Shown here piece after piece: positions 7,676 to 17,607 of a stretch of DNA of 32,000 nucleotides. The notes under the pieces were generated by a model, which was given only the letters and a program-made list of their open reading frames with translations, searched no databases and was not told the DNA's origin. The stretch's first letter is position 1. Every line of letters begins with the position of its first letter. The DNA comes from Candidatus Paracaedimonas acanthamoebae (GTDB lineage Bacteria; Pseudomonadota; Alphaproteobacteria; Caedimonadales; Caedimonadaceae), in the NCBI GenBank assembly GCA_000743035.1, contig CP008936.1:1080001-1112000 (forward strand), written 5' to 3'. Made by a program: the position numbers and the translations under genes.

Positions 7676-8308
7676 TCAAGCAACTAATAGCTTTACATGC
7701 CTTGCTATGGGAGCAAAAGAAACACGATGATATGGCGTAATACCGTACATTGTTATAGCACGCTGATGTTCAGCTGTCCCATAACCTGCATTCCTCTCCC
7801 AGCCATAATGCGGATATTCTTCGGCTAATTTACACATTATTTCATCTCTTACAACTTTTGCTACAATTGAAGCCGCTGCAATTGAGAAACTTAATGTATC
7901 CCCTTTTACAAGAGTTTGGATGTGACATTCTAAAGAAGGCTTTACATTCCCATCTACCAATGCAACTTCAGGCTTTATTTCCAAAGAATCGGCAGCTCTT
8001 TGCATTGCTAACATTGCCGCACGCCTAATATTTAATGCATCGATCTCTTTGACGCTCGCCTCTGCCCAGGAGATAAAACAGCTATCTTCCTTTAGTCTCA
8101 GCAATTCTTGATAAATCATCTCCCTTTTTTTAGAAGAGATTTTTTTAGAATCTTGTATCATTTCAAGGAGTTCTTTGGGAAAATTTGTTTGATTAAGAAT
8201 AACAGCTGCAGCAACTACAGGCCCTGCCCACGGCCCACATCCTACCTCATCAATCCCAACCACAATTCCAGAATATTGTTTTTCATAAAAAAAACTAGGC
8301 AATTTCAT
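7676..8308 (-). CDS. rnhB: ribonuclease HII
   Basis: 210 aa. Motifs VGIDEVGCGPWAGPVVAAAV, DSKK(I)S and ASIVAKVVRD are typical of RNase HII. The gene starts 17 nt after the upstream gene's stop. Confidence 0.9.
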   Translation of the reverse strand: MKLPSFFYEKQYSGIVVGIDEVGCGPWAGPVVAAAVILNQTNFPKELLEMIQDSKKISSKKREMIYQELLRLKEDSCFISWAEASVKEIDALNIRRAAMLAMQRAADSLEIKPEVALVDGNVKPSLECHIQTLVKGDTLSFSIAAASIVAKVVRDEIMCKLAEEYPHYGWERNAGYGTAEHQRAITMYGITPYHRVSFAPIARHVKLLVA

Positions 8309-8325
8309 TCCTTTAAAAATATTTT

Positions 8326-11300
8326 TTACTCTCTTAGCTCTTTGTATTCTTCTTCCTCATTATCGTCGAAACTTTGATCAATATCAGGCTCAAAGATTTT
8401 TCGAAAAAAACCGGGCGTGAAGATAGAAACAGGGTTTACAGTAATTTCAGGATTATCACTATCGCCAGAAATAGTATAAGCAACAGAAAACAAACCTTCA
8501 TGCTTACCACCGCTGGCTAGTTCCCCTATAATTGGGATCTTAGATAAAATAGTATTTAGATAGTATGCGGGAATTACTGAACCATGAAGTTGTAAATTCT
8601 TTTTTTGTAAATCAACAGCGCCAGCAAATGTTAATCCTATTGATGTTCCATTTGCACGCCCTTTTGTAAAAACAATTTTATTTGTGGTTGCACTAAACTT
8701 ACTGCGAAAATGATTAAAAGGCAGCCCTTTTTCGGAAAACAAATCGACTACGCCTGTTGGAAATGCAAGCACTAATAGCCTACCCATAACAGGAGCTTTC
8801 TTCAGAGAAAAATCTGTTAGCACAAACTTTCCTTGCCAAGGATCTTGCAGCATACGATCATCATGCATTGCAAGAATATTAAGGCTCCCCCCATAAATAT
8901 TATTATATATTCCAAATGTCTTTAAAAATTTGCCCCCATATGCCGTTTTCAATTTTATTTTTCTTGTATGCATATCATGAGCTGATAAATGAATATCAAA
9001 TGTAGCTTTAGGATTTTTTTTCGAAAGCTCCGCTCTGAGATCTAAATCCCTTAACAGGCCTTTACTATAGTTCAAATAGAGATCACTATTATAAATGGCT
9101 CTATACATCCCTAAGAAAACATCATTCACCCTGGCTTTTAGTTCAAAATCCCAGCTTAACGGCTCTTTGGAGGAATTTAACAAATCCTGCCATATCGGAT
9201 CTAAATGCAATGACTTTCCCAAAAGTTTAACTATGTATATTTGGTTATCTTGTCGTAACATATTAAAATGGATATTTGTAAGACCTACTTTAAAGTGCGA
9301 GAAGTTTAATTCTTTCAAACCTAAATTATCAAAGAACCCTTTTCCTTCAATATGAATACCATCTAATACATTGGCTTTAATAAAGTGCAGCTTATGAGGG
9401 GAAAAATTACGCATCTCCATTGATACTTCTATATCTCCCTTTACCCTCTCAGGCTTCAACCATCCTAAAATACGTGCCCGAACGTTTGTAAGATCAACTT
9501 TTGCATGCAGACTACCTTGAGAACTTATTTTCCCCAGATAATGTATTTCTAGAGGTGCTCTTCCTGCAAATTCCTGAATAAAATTAATCTTTTGGTGATT
9601 AAATAACTGCTCATCAATTACCCCCGTCAAATCAAGCTTGTTATCAAAAACAGAATCATGGTTAAAATTCTTTTGCCATGTAATTTGTAGAGGAATGCCA
9701 AAAACATGACCAACCCCTTCAAAAAGCATATTCTTCTTGTCAATTTTTAAATTGAATTTTCCATTATATAATTCACAAGGGAGTGCCTCTATAATATTAA
9801 ATAATTTTGTTTCAAATATTTTTGAATTAATATCTACTTGAACTTCCTTTAATGTAATTGTTGTTAAAAGGGGAAATTCTAAATGGATATATGTCTGCGC
9901 TTCTCCAGAAACTTGAGATGGTTTTAATGCAAGCTGCTTTGCATATTCTAGAGGCTTATGATCTGCTAAGGAGAGATGTTGAGATAAAGAGCCATGTATA
10001 GTTAATTGTATATCAATATTTTGCTTCTCTTTATCCAGATCCCTGATGTCAACACTACCGCTTTTAAGTTTAAGTTGATGTGTCTTTCCTGTATCCAGCT
10101 TTATAAAAAAGTTTTTTAAAGAATAGTGAGCTTCACCATTAACATGTGTTACTTTTGGCATCCCTTCAAGATAAGAAACTGTTGCATCCTGTATCTTAAT
10201 CATGCCTCCAAGGTTTCTTTGGGAAAAAGTAACTTTTTTGTCTCGTAATGTAATTACCGAATCTAACTCCAAAGTTGCTTTAGGAACCCTACCTTGAGTA
10301 ATATTCTTTATAACCCACTGTCGAGGCGTGCCAGCTAAATTTGGAGGCCAAAATTTATCTAACTCACTTAAAAGAACATTTTCTACTTCTGCTTTACTTT
10401 TTAATCTAATATTTTGAGAATGTTCATCCCAAACTCCTTCAGCAGTAGCTCTAATATAAGTCTTCTTAGTTTGGACTTCTAACTTTTTGACCTGAAGTTG
10501 ATTGTTCGTATAAAATGCTTCTAGAACTCCCTTATCAACATCTATTGTTTGTGCAAACAACGAAGGAATCTCGATCGTTCCTTTACTAAGATTTAAAATA
10601 AATGAAGCTTCTTTAAATCCCTCTTTTTCTGAATAGTGAAATTTACTTGTAACAGAAAAAGGTAACTTTAGGCCCTGCAAAAATAAAATATTGTCTTGAA
10701 TCTTAGGAGTTTGTTTAGCTAATTCTTCAGGTTGGATTGAAGATGTCATATTTTGGGTATTACTATAAATATTGAAATCAGCCCATATTTCCCCTGCTAG
10801 ATAATCACTCGTTCCGTTTAACTGAAAAGAATTTTTTTGCGTTCCACCTATAATATTAAACTTCTGTTTCTTATCAATACGCTCTAATCTAAACATTAAG
10901 TTTGGCATATAAAAAAGTTCTTCTCGTTTAGAATTTTCAATTTTTATGTCTGCTTGGTCTATTTTTATACGTTTTAATTTTTTTAAATTTCCCTTTTCTT
11001 TCAAAAAATTACCTACAATATTGAAAATAAATTGATCATCAGCCTCAGATGGGGCCTGAAGTGTGAAACTTGTATCTTCATAAACGAAATGAAGTACAGG
11101 CTTAATAATTTCCAGAGTCCTTATGCTAAATTTCCCTATTAATAAACTAAGAACAGAAAAACTAACTTGTAACTCTGGAAGAACAACGTTAATATGTTTT
11201 TCTTCTAGTTCTTGCACTTTAACATTTTCAGCACGCATAAAGATTGGGTGACCAAATCCTTTCCAAGAAACTATAGCGTAGTCAAATGATACTTTATATT

Positions 11301-11475
11301 CTGGCACTATGGCTTCAAAGCTTTTCACAATACTCGGATGCAAATTTTTCAAAATTAAAGGAGTATAGTGAATACGTGTTAAAAGTGCTGCTCCTAATAC
11401 TAGGGCTATACCTAAACCACCTATAATAGTCCAAAAAAAGTATAAAAGTATTTTTTTAATGATATTTTTTTCCAT
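8326..11475 (-). CDS. large AsmA/YhdP-family (DUF3971-like) envelope protein
   Basis: 1049 aa. It has a single N-terminal TM helix (ILLYFFWTIIGGLGIALVLGAALL) and a long body that looks beta-rich. The conserved AsmA-like C-terminal signature is ISGDSDNPEITVNPVSIFTPGFFRKIFE, followed by an acidic tail. Confidence 0.55.
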   Translation of the reverse strand: MEKNIIKKILLYFFWTIIGGLGIALVLGAALLTRIHYTPLILKNLHPSIVKSFEAIVPEYKVSFDYAIVSWKGFGHPIFMRAENVKVQELEEKHINVVLPELQVSFSVLSLLIGKFSIRTLEIIKPVLHFVYEDTSFTLQAPSEADDQFIFNIVGNFLKEKGNLKKLKRIKIDQADIKIENSKREELFYMPNLMFRLERIDKKQKFNIIGGTQKNSFQLNGTSDYLAGEIWADFNIYSNTQNMTSSIQPEELAKQTPKIQDNILFLQGLKLPFSVTSKFHYSEKEGFKEASFILNLSKGTIEIPSLFAQTIDVDKGVLEAFYTNNQLQVKKLEVQTKKTYIRATAEGVWDEHSQNIRLKSKAEVENVLLSELDKFWPPNLAGTPRQWVIKNITQGRVPKATLELDSVITLRDKKVTFSQRNLGGMIKIQDATVSYLEGMPKVTHVNGEAHYSLKNFFIKLDTGKTHQLKLKSGSVDIRDLDKEKQNIDIQLTIHGSLSQHLSLADHKPLEYAKQLALKPSQVSGEAQTYIHLEFPLLTTITLKEVQVDINSKIFETKLFNIIEALPCELYNGKFNLKIDKKNMLFEGVGHVFGIPLQITWQKNFNHDSVFDNKLDLTGVIDEQLFNHQKINFIQEFAGRAPLEIHYLGKISSQGSLHAKVDLTNVRARILGWLKPERVKGDIEVSMEMRNFSPHKLHFIKANVLDGIHIEGKGFFDNLGLKELNFSHFKVGLTNIHFNMLRQDNQIYIVKLLGKSLHLDPIWQDLLNSSKEPLSWDFELKARVNDVFLGMYRAIYNSDLYLNYSKGLLRDLDLRAELSKKNPKATFDIHLSAHDMHTRKIKLKTAYGGKFLKTFGIYNNIYGGSLNILAMHDDRMLQDPWQGKFVLTDFSLKKAPVMGRLLVLAFPTGVVDLFSEKGLPFNHFRSKFSATTNKIVFTKGRANGTSIGLTFAGAVDLQKKNLQLHGSVIPAYYLNTILSKIPIIGELASGGKHEGLFSVAYTISGDSDNPEITVNPVSIFTPGFFRKIFEPDIDQSFDDNEEEEYKELRE

Positions 11476-11531
11476 TTTAGAAGATTATTCTTTTATTATT
11501 ATGAAAAACAAAATTTACAAGGAGGATACTA

Positions 11532-11999
11532 ATGCTTTTATCACTTGACCAACCTGCCCCTGATTTTACCACAGCAACAGACCTAAATCCAATACTTACT
11601 CTGAAATCTTTCAAAGGGCGCCATCTTATTTTATATTTTTATCCCAAAGATGACACACCTGGATGCACTCTTGAATCTTGTGGATTTCGAGACGTTTATC
11701 CAGAAATTCAACAATGCCAAGGAGCTATCCTCGGAGTCTCAAAAGATAATATTACATCTCACAAGAAATTTCGCACAAAATATAATCTACCCTTTGAGCT
11801 TGCCGCAGATTCCGATGGAACTTTGTGTAAACTTTATGATGTTCTTCAAGAAAAAAATATGTATGGAAAAAAATATATTGGGATAGAGAGGTCAACATTT
11901 TTAATTGATTGCAATGGAATTCTTCGAAAAATGTGGCGGAACGTTAAAGTTCCAGGCCATATTCAAGAAGTTCTCAGAGCTCTTAAAAATCTTGAATAA
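11532..11999 (+). CDS. bcp: thioredoxin-dependent thiol peroxidase (peroxiredoxin Bcp)
   Basis: 155 aa. The Prx active site is YFYPKDDTPGCTLE, and a second Cys lies 5 residues later (C..ESC). Confidence 0.85.
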   Translation: MLLSLDQPAPDFTTATDLNPILTLKSFKGRHLILYFYPKDDTPGCTLESCGFRDVYPEIQQCQGAILGVSKDNITSHKKFRTKYNLPFELAADSDGTLCKLYDVLQEKNMYGKKYIGIERSTFLIDCNGILRKMWRNVKVPGHIQEVLRALKNLE

Positions 12000-12082
12000 G
12001 ATATAAAATAATAGTTAGAGGTATAGGATTTATAAATTTTATTTATAATAAATAAAATCGTTTAATTCCTTGTTCTCCCCCA

Positions 12083-12111
12083 TTGCATGCATACGCAAGG
12101 TAGCATATATT
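12083..12111 (+). promoter_or_regulatory. candidate sigma70-type promoter for hflK-hflC-degP
   Basis: TTGCAT (12083-12088), a 17-nt spacer, then TATATT (12106-12111). It ends about 32 nt upstream of the hflK ATG. This is sequence pattern only. Confidence 0.35.
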
Positions 12112-12143
12112 GAATCAAAATTTATTAAACTTGGAGATAATTC

Positions 12144-13247
12144 ATGCCTTGGCAGAACAATAATGAAGACAAAGGCCGCAACCCATGGGATGATCAAAAT
12201 AACCCTTGGGAGAGTCGTAAGCAAGGTGCTGCCATTAATTTAGAAGACTCATTTCAAAAAGCTTGGATAAACTTTAAAAAGTCTTTTTTTGGCAATGGGG
12301 GAGATAAGCCTCGAATTATCTTTGGGTTATTTTTTCTGTTTATCCTTTTATGGCTAGCAACAGGGTTTTATCGGGTTTCAGAAGGTGAATTAGGTGTTGA
12401 ACTCCGCTTTGGAAAAATGACCACAATTACCCATCCTGGACTTCGTTATCATTTACCTTCTCCAATCGAAACAGTGATTGTTACCAAAGTTGCTGAAATC
12501 AACCAAGTTGATAGTGGTATTCGTGTTAAGTCTGATACAGCTATGTTAGGAGAAGATAGTGATAACCAAATGCTTACGGGAGATGAAAATATACTGACCC
12601 TCAATTTTTCAGTACTTTGGTTTATTAAAGATGTAACAAAATATCTGTTTAACGATCCAACTCCAAAGAAAACAGTTAAACTAGCCGCAGAAAGTGCTGT
12701 TCGGGAAGTTATTGCTCAAACAACAATCGTCGATGCACTAACAAAAGGGAAAGATAAAATTGTTGTAGATGCACAAAAACTACTTCAAAAAATGCTTGAT
12801 GATTACGGCATAGGTATTGAAGTACAGCAAGTCCGACTTTTACGTGTCAACCCTCCAGAAAAAGTTATTGATGCTTTTCGCGATGTTCAAAGAGCACGAG
12901 CTGACCGTGAAAGTAAGATTAACGAAGCGCGTGCTTATCAAAATTCAATTATTCCAGAGGCTAGAGGTCAAGCTCAACAAATTGAGCAAAGTGCCGAAGC
13001 TTTTCGACAATCTGTTGTGGCTGACGCTCAAGGACAAACCCAACGTTTTCTTGCCTTACTACAAGAATACAAAAAAGCACCAGAAGTAACACGAGAACGC
13101 CTTTATATTGATCTTATGACTCAATTAATGAAAAATATTCATAAAGTCATTATTGATACACCAGGTAACACGCAAGGAATATTACCTTATTTACCTCTTC
13201 CTGAAATTAAAAACAAACGTCCTACCCCGGCTGGAGAACCACAATAA
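12144..13247 (+). CDS. hflK: FtsH protease modulator HflK
   Basis: 367 aa. It has an N-terminal low-complexity region, one TM helix and an SPFH/band-7 domain, followed by a coiled-coil (EARAYQNSIIPEARGQAQ). Its stop overlaps the hflC start (TAATG). Confidence 0.85.
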   Translation: MPWQNNNEDKGRNPWDDQNNPWESRKQGAAINLEDSFQKAWINFKKSFFGNGGDKPRIIFGLFFLFILLWLATGFYRVSEGELGVELRFGKMTTITHPGLRYHLPSPIETVIVTKVAEINQVDSGIRVKSDTAMLGEDSDNQMLTGDENILTLNFSVLWFIKDVTKYLFNDPTPKKTVKLAAESAVREVIAQTTIVDALTKGKDKIVVDAQKLLQKMLDDYGIGIEVQQVRLLRVNPPEKVIDAFRDVQRARADRESKINEARAYQNSIIPEARGQAQQIEQSAEAFRQSVVADAQGQTQRFLALLQEYKKAPEVTRERLYIDLMTQLMKNIHKVIIDTPGNTQGILPYLPLPEIKNKRPTPAGEPQ

Positions 13248-14122
13248 TGAAAAAACCTGTCATTACTTCTTTTATTTTTGGTGCAATTTTAATTTTTTTT
13301 ACTGTGAGTAATTCACTTTTTACGCTTCATCAAACAAAGAAAGCGCTTGTTCTTCAATTTGGTGAACTTGTAAGAGTTCATGATACCCCTGGTTTAAAAA
13401 TTAAAATACCCGTTATTCAAGATGTAATCTTTTTTGATAGGCGTTTGCTTGATTATAATCTCCCTGTCATTGAAGTGAATGCTGGTGACCAAAAGAGAAT
13501 GGTTGTAGATCTTTATGTTCGCTACGTTATTAACGATGTTTTGGTATTCTATAAGACAGTTGGTACGTTAGAGGGCGTTCAAAATCGACTTGGAAAGATT
13601 GTGCCTGATATTATGCAAGAAGTTATTGGTCGAGTTCCTCTTTCTGAAATGTTATCTTCAAATCGCGCAAAAATCATGGAAGAAATTTTCCGTAAAGTTC
13701 GAGATTCTTCTAAAAATTTTGGTATTGATGTTCGAGATGTCAGAATTATCCGTGCTGATTTGCCTAAAGAAAATAGTGAAGCTATTTTCAATCGAATGGA
13801 AAGTGAACGACGACAAGAAGCAAAACAGTTTAGGGCTGAAGGAGACGAACAAGCTCAGGGAATACGAGCAAAAGCGGATCGAGAGCACACCCTCATTCTT
13901 GCGCAAGCACGAAAAAAATCTGAAATTTTAAGAGGTAAAGGCGAAGCAGAAGCCGCACGCATTTACGCAGATGCTTTTTCTCAAGATGCTGATTTTTTTA
14001 AATTTCATAGATCTATGGATGCTTATCAAAAAGCAATGAGACCTGAAGACACAACACTTGTGATATCACCATCAAGTGAGTTTTTTCGATATTTTCACAA
14101 AAATAATTTAAGCAGGAATTAA
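13247..14122 (+). CDS. hflC: FtsH protease modulator HflC
   Basis: 291 aa with an N-terminal TM helix and an SPFH domain. It is in the canonical position after hflK. Confidence 0.85.
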   Translation: MKKPVITSFIFGAILIFFTVSNSLFTLHQTKKALVLQFGELVRVHDTPGLKIKIPVIQDVIFFDRRLLDYNLPVIEVNAGDQKRMVVDLYVRYVINDVLVFYKTVGTLEGVQNRLGKIVPDIMQEVIGRVPLSEMLSSNRAKIMEEIFRKVRDSSKNFGIDVRDVRIIRADLPKENSEAIFNRMESERRQEAKQFRAEGDEQAQGIRAKADREHTLILAQARKKSEILRGKGEAEAARIYADAFSQDADFFKFHRSMDAYQKAMRPEDTTLVISPSSEFFRYFHKNNLSRN

Positions 14123-14132
14123 GGAGAAAAAA

Positions 14133-15680
14133 ATGACGTTTAATGATCATAAGATAACGCTTAAAAGCTCAATTATGGCCGCCGCTATCTTATCCATATT
14201 TGGAAATACTTCTCATGTACATTCAGTTCCTTTAAGCCCCTATAAAGAAGTTCCTAACAATTTTGCAAATATCGTTGAGCCGCTTCTACCGGCTGTCGTG
14301 AACATTTCAACAACAACCGAAGTAAGTGCAAACCGTCGCTATCAAGAAATGCCGAATTTTCCTCCAGGCACACCTCTTGATGAATTTTTTCGTTACTTTT
14401 TTGAAGAAGGGCAACCTACAAGGCCCCGCAAAACAACTTCTTTAGGATCCGGCTTTATTGTTTCTCAAGAAGGCAAAGAAGCTTTTATTGTTACCTGTAA
14501 TCATGTGATTGCTGACGCAGATGAAATCACAGTTATTTTACATAATGATACAGAATTAAAAGCAACAGTTGTAGGACAAGATCGTCGTACTGATTTAGCC
14601 CTTTTAAAAGTTACAACAGATCAAAAACTTGCAACTGTTGAATGGGGCGATTCTAGTACAGCAAGGGTTGGTGAGTGGATAATTGCCGTTGGGAACCCTT
14701 TTGGCCTCAGTAGCACCGTCACAATTGGTATTATTTCGACAATTGCGCGGAATATCTCAGCACGAGCAAAAGGCGCTCCTGCTGTTGATTATATTGATGG
14801 CTACATTCAAACAGACGCTTCGCTTAATATGGGTAATTCCGGTGGCCCCATGTTTAATATCAATGGTAAAGTTATTGCTATTAGTACTGCAATATTCTCA
14901 CCAAATGGTGGTAACATTGGTATTGGTTTTGGAATCCCAGCTTCTCTTGCCAAAACCACTATTGAGCAGATAAAGAAATTTGGTCATCCAAAACGAGGAT
15001 GGTTAGGTGTAACAATTCAAAGTGTCACACCAGAAATTGCCGAGTCTCTTAATCTAAAGACGACAGCAGGTGCTTTGGTTGGAGCCATCGCCTCCAACAG
15101 TCCTGCGACGAAGGCTGGAATTAAACGTGGAGATGTCATTCTTTCATTTGATGGAAAACCTGTAAAAGAATCCCGCTTGCTCCCAAGAATGGTTGGGGAA
15201 GCTACAATTGGAGGAAAAGTACCTCTCACTATATGGCGTGATGGTAAAGAAATTAAGCTTGAAACGATGGTTGGTGAATTTGAAGAAGCTCAACAAGAAG
15301 GCCTCATCGTTGATCCAACAGATGATAATAGTGCTCAACGCACTAAAGGGCCGAAAGTTCTTGGGATGCTTATTAAAGAGATTAAACCAGCTGAATTCGA
15401 ACGATATGGTGTATCTGAAAAAGGTGTTATCATCATTGGGCTTGACCCTGAAAGCGAAGCTGCTGAAAAAGGACTTCGACCTGGTGATCTTATCTCAGAA
15501 GTAACAATTGCAGGAAAACGCGAGCGTATTACTACTTCAGAACAGTTATCAAAACTTATTGATGAGTCTCAAAAGCAAGGTAAAAAACAAATCCTCCTTC
15601 TTATCAATCGAGGAGGCATACAAAGATTTATTACTTTGGCTCTTAGTAAAGACAAAAAAGAAACTCAAAAAGCAGAGTAA
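14133..15680 (+). CDS. degP: periplasmic serine endoprotease, DegP/DegQ/HtrA family, two PDZ domains
   Basis: 515 aa. It has a signal peptide and a catalytic triad context: NHVI(H), TDLALLKV(D) and GNSGGP(S). Two PDZ-like segments follow. The RBS is aaggag. Confidence 0.9.
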   Translation: MTFNDHKITLKSSIMAAAILSIFGNTSHVHSVPLSPYKEVPNNFANIVEPLLPAVVNISTTTEVSANRRYQEMPNFPPGTPLDEFFRYFFEEGQPTRPRKTTSLGSGFIVSQEGKEAFIVTCNHVIADADEITVILHNDTELKATVVGQDRRTDLALLKVTTDQKLATVEWGDSSTARVGEWIIAVGNPFGLSSTVTIGIISTIARNISARAKGAPAVDYIDGYIQTDASLNMGNSGGPMFNINGKVIAISTAIFSPNGGNIGIGFGIPASLAKTTIEQIKKFGHPKRGWLGVTIQSVTPEIAESLNLKTTAGALVGAIASNSPATKAGIKRGDVILSFDGKPVKESRLLPRMVGEATIGGKVPLTIWRDGKEIKLETMVGEFEEAQQEGLIVDPTDDNSAQRTKGPKVLGMLIKEIKPAEFERYGVSEKGVIIIGLDPESEAAEKGLRPGDLISEVTIAGKRERITTSEQLSKLIDESQKQGKKQILLLINRGGIQRFITLALSKDKKETQKAE

Positions 15681-15686
15681 GTTACA

Positions 15687-15716
15687 TAAAAAGGCTGGGT
15701 TTCCCCAGCCTTTTTA
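15687..15716. terminator. bidirectional Rho-independent terminator between degP and the convergent hydrolase gene
   Basis: The sequence is aaaaaggctggg-tttc-cccagcc-ttttt. It has an 8-bp GC-rich stem, an A-run on one side and a T-run on the other. Confidence 0.7.
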
Positions 15717-15737
15717 TAATAGAATCTTGAAAATTTC

Positions 15738-16394
15738 TTATCCAGCTCGAGAAATTAATCCAACCGACTTATTCAAATAATTATCCACAGAGGTAACAAG
15801 CCCCTCTAAATGATCAGAGAAAAAGTGATCTGCCCCTTGAATAATATTCTCTTCTACAACAATATTTTTTTGTTGAGATAATTTTTTCGTTAGTTCTTGG
15901 ACGGAGTCTCGAGGAACTATTGTATCTTGATCTCCATGAATAATAAGGCCAGATACTGGACAGGGTGCTAAAAAGCTAAAATCATACATATTCGCAGGAG
16001 GGCTGATAGAAATAAAGCCATCTAGCTCAGGGCGTCTCATAAGAAGCTGCATACTTATCCATGCACCAAACGAAAAGCCAGCTACCCAACATTCCTTTGC
16101 ATTCGGATTGTAAGTCTGCATCCAATCTAATACAGAAGCCGCATCGCTTAACTCACCTTCACCATGGCTAAAACGACCTTCTGACTTCCCCACCCCGCGA
16201 AAATTGAAGCGCAAAGTGTTAAATCCTCGATTCACAAAGGAACGGAAAAGAGCATAAGTAACTTTATTATTCATGGTCCCTCCATGCTCAGGATGAGGAT
16301 GAAGAATTAAGGCCATCGGCGCATAAGGATTATTTCCATGATGATAACGGGCTTCGATGCGCCCTTCTGCTCCATTAATAATGACTTCAGGCAT
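15738..16394 (-). CDS. alpha/beta-fold hydrolase (COG2945-like)
   Basis: 218 aa. It has the nucleophile elbow GFSFGA, an HPHPxxGG motif near the N-terminus and a C-terminal GADHFF. Confidence 0.7.
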   Translation of the reverse strand: MPEVIINGAEGRIEARYHHGNNPYAPMALILHPHPEHGGTMNNKVTYALFRSFVNRGFNTLRFNFRGVGKSEGRFSHGEGELSDAASVLDWMQTYNPNAKECWVAGFSFGAWISMQLLMRRPELDGFISISPPANMYDFSFLAPCPVSGLIIHGDQDTIVPRDSVQELTKKLSQQKNIVVEENIIQGADHFFSDHLEGLVTSVDNYLNKSVGLISRAG

Positions 16395-16681
16395 GTTTGA
16401 CCTCTTCCTTAAATTATGGACTTTGAGTACACTAACTCACCTTTAAAAGTCAAGATTTGTTTTATAACTATTTAATTAAAAAGGAAAATTACCATATATC
16501 ATTTTTAAATCATGTTAAGAAGTGCATGCATATTTCAAAGCTGCACCTAAAACTTAAAATACATCACTCAAAGAAATTTTTAACTTTTTTACATGTTAGA
16601 AATAATCTCTTCTAAAATTACTTAATCTCAAGTATGAGCTTTAATTTTGTTTTAGGTTATAAAACTAAGGTCAGACAGTTA

Positions 16682-17436
16682 TTAAGATACACATACAGAA
16701 TTATTATCACTTTCACCGCCATCATAATTAGGGTGAGCTCCACCTTGGCCTACTAACACAATACCATCGATCGTTACACCATTTCCTCCTATCCCATTTT
16801 GAAGTCCTGCTTGGCCTAGGGCTCCTGTATTTTGAATAACATCCACTCCATAACCCACTACTACCTCCAGAACGTGTGTTAGCATCTATTCCAGCACCCC
16901 CACCGCCTATATTTTGGATGGGAATAGGATCAACATTATAATCGAGCGTACTACCACCTTGAGCCGTATTATTTCAAAAGGTCACATTTTCAACAGTAAA
17001 TGTTGCTCCCTGATTGACAAGAGTACCACCACCAAAGCCACCCCCCCATATTTACTGTCGCCTCCTTTAGCCATACCATTTTGAATTTTCATATTTTTTA
17101 TTGTGACATTGATAATAGCATCTCCCCTTTACCCACGAAAAAGGGACGATACGCTCCAGCACCATCAACTATAATTTTGTCATCACCATCACTAGTTAGA
17201 CTTTTTCAAATAATAGGAAGATGACTTGCTAAAGTGATTTTTTCTCCCACACCCGGTTTAAATGTAATTGTTGATGCAAGATCGGCATGCTCGTTAGCTA
17301 GCTGAATTGCATTTCTTAAAGAACCTACCCCAGCATCATTATTATTTTGGACCACAAAATTTTCACCATATGCTAAAGATGAAAGTAATGTTGTTAAGAG
17401 TGCTGCTTTTAAGCCATTTTTAAATGTAAAATTCAT
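16682..17436 (-). pseudogene. decayed gene for a secreted parallel beta-helix repeat protein (Pmp / autotransporter-passenger-like)
   Basis: The N-terminus has a signal peptide plus GSLRNAI. Shifted frames give Gly-rich repeats: DGAGAYRPFFV, INVTIKNMKIQNGMAKGGDS, GGGGFGGGTLVNQGATFTVENVTF, NNTAQGG and IGGNGVTIDG. The gene is interrupted by TGA codons at 17206-17208 and about 16974-16976. It also has frameshifts near 17121-17132, at the C7 run 17041-17047 and near 16860-16890. Confidence 0.65.
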
Positions 17437-17551
17437 ATTATTCCCCAGTTTTTAATTTAAATTTTCTTTAAATTAGACCTAAAAATGGTCAAATTTTTAC
17501 AAACTTCAATTTTTTTCTTGCTCTAAACAAGTTCCTTTTTCACAAAACAAT

Positions 17552-17569
17552 CTTGACTATTTTAGTCAG
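17552..17569 (+). promoter_or_regulatory. IscR type-1-like operator overlapping the iscR promoter
   Basis: There is a perfect inverted repeat TGACTA-TTT-TAGTCA at 17554-17568. The context CTTGACTATTTTAGTCAG fits the core of the E. coli type-1 IscR motif YYGACTRWWWYAGTCRR. It overlaps TTGACT and TAGTCA -35 candidates, with GATAAT as a -10 candidate at 17584-17589. Confidence 0.55.
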
Positions 17570-17607
17570 AATAAATAGGGTAAGGATAATTATCATGAGA
17601 AGTTTAT

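Noticed and set aside
16682-17436. TGA read as Trp (recoding), or homopolymer-driven phase variation, as explanations for the broken beta-helix gene.
   Set aside because: TGA clearly acts as a stop for ygfA, iscR, iscU and the EamA gene in this window. At least three additional frameshifts lie outside homopolymer tracts, so a single slippage event could not restore the frame.
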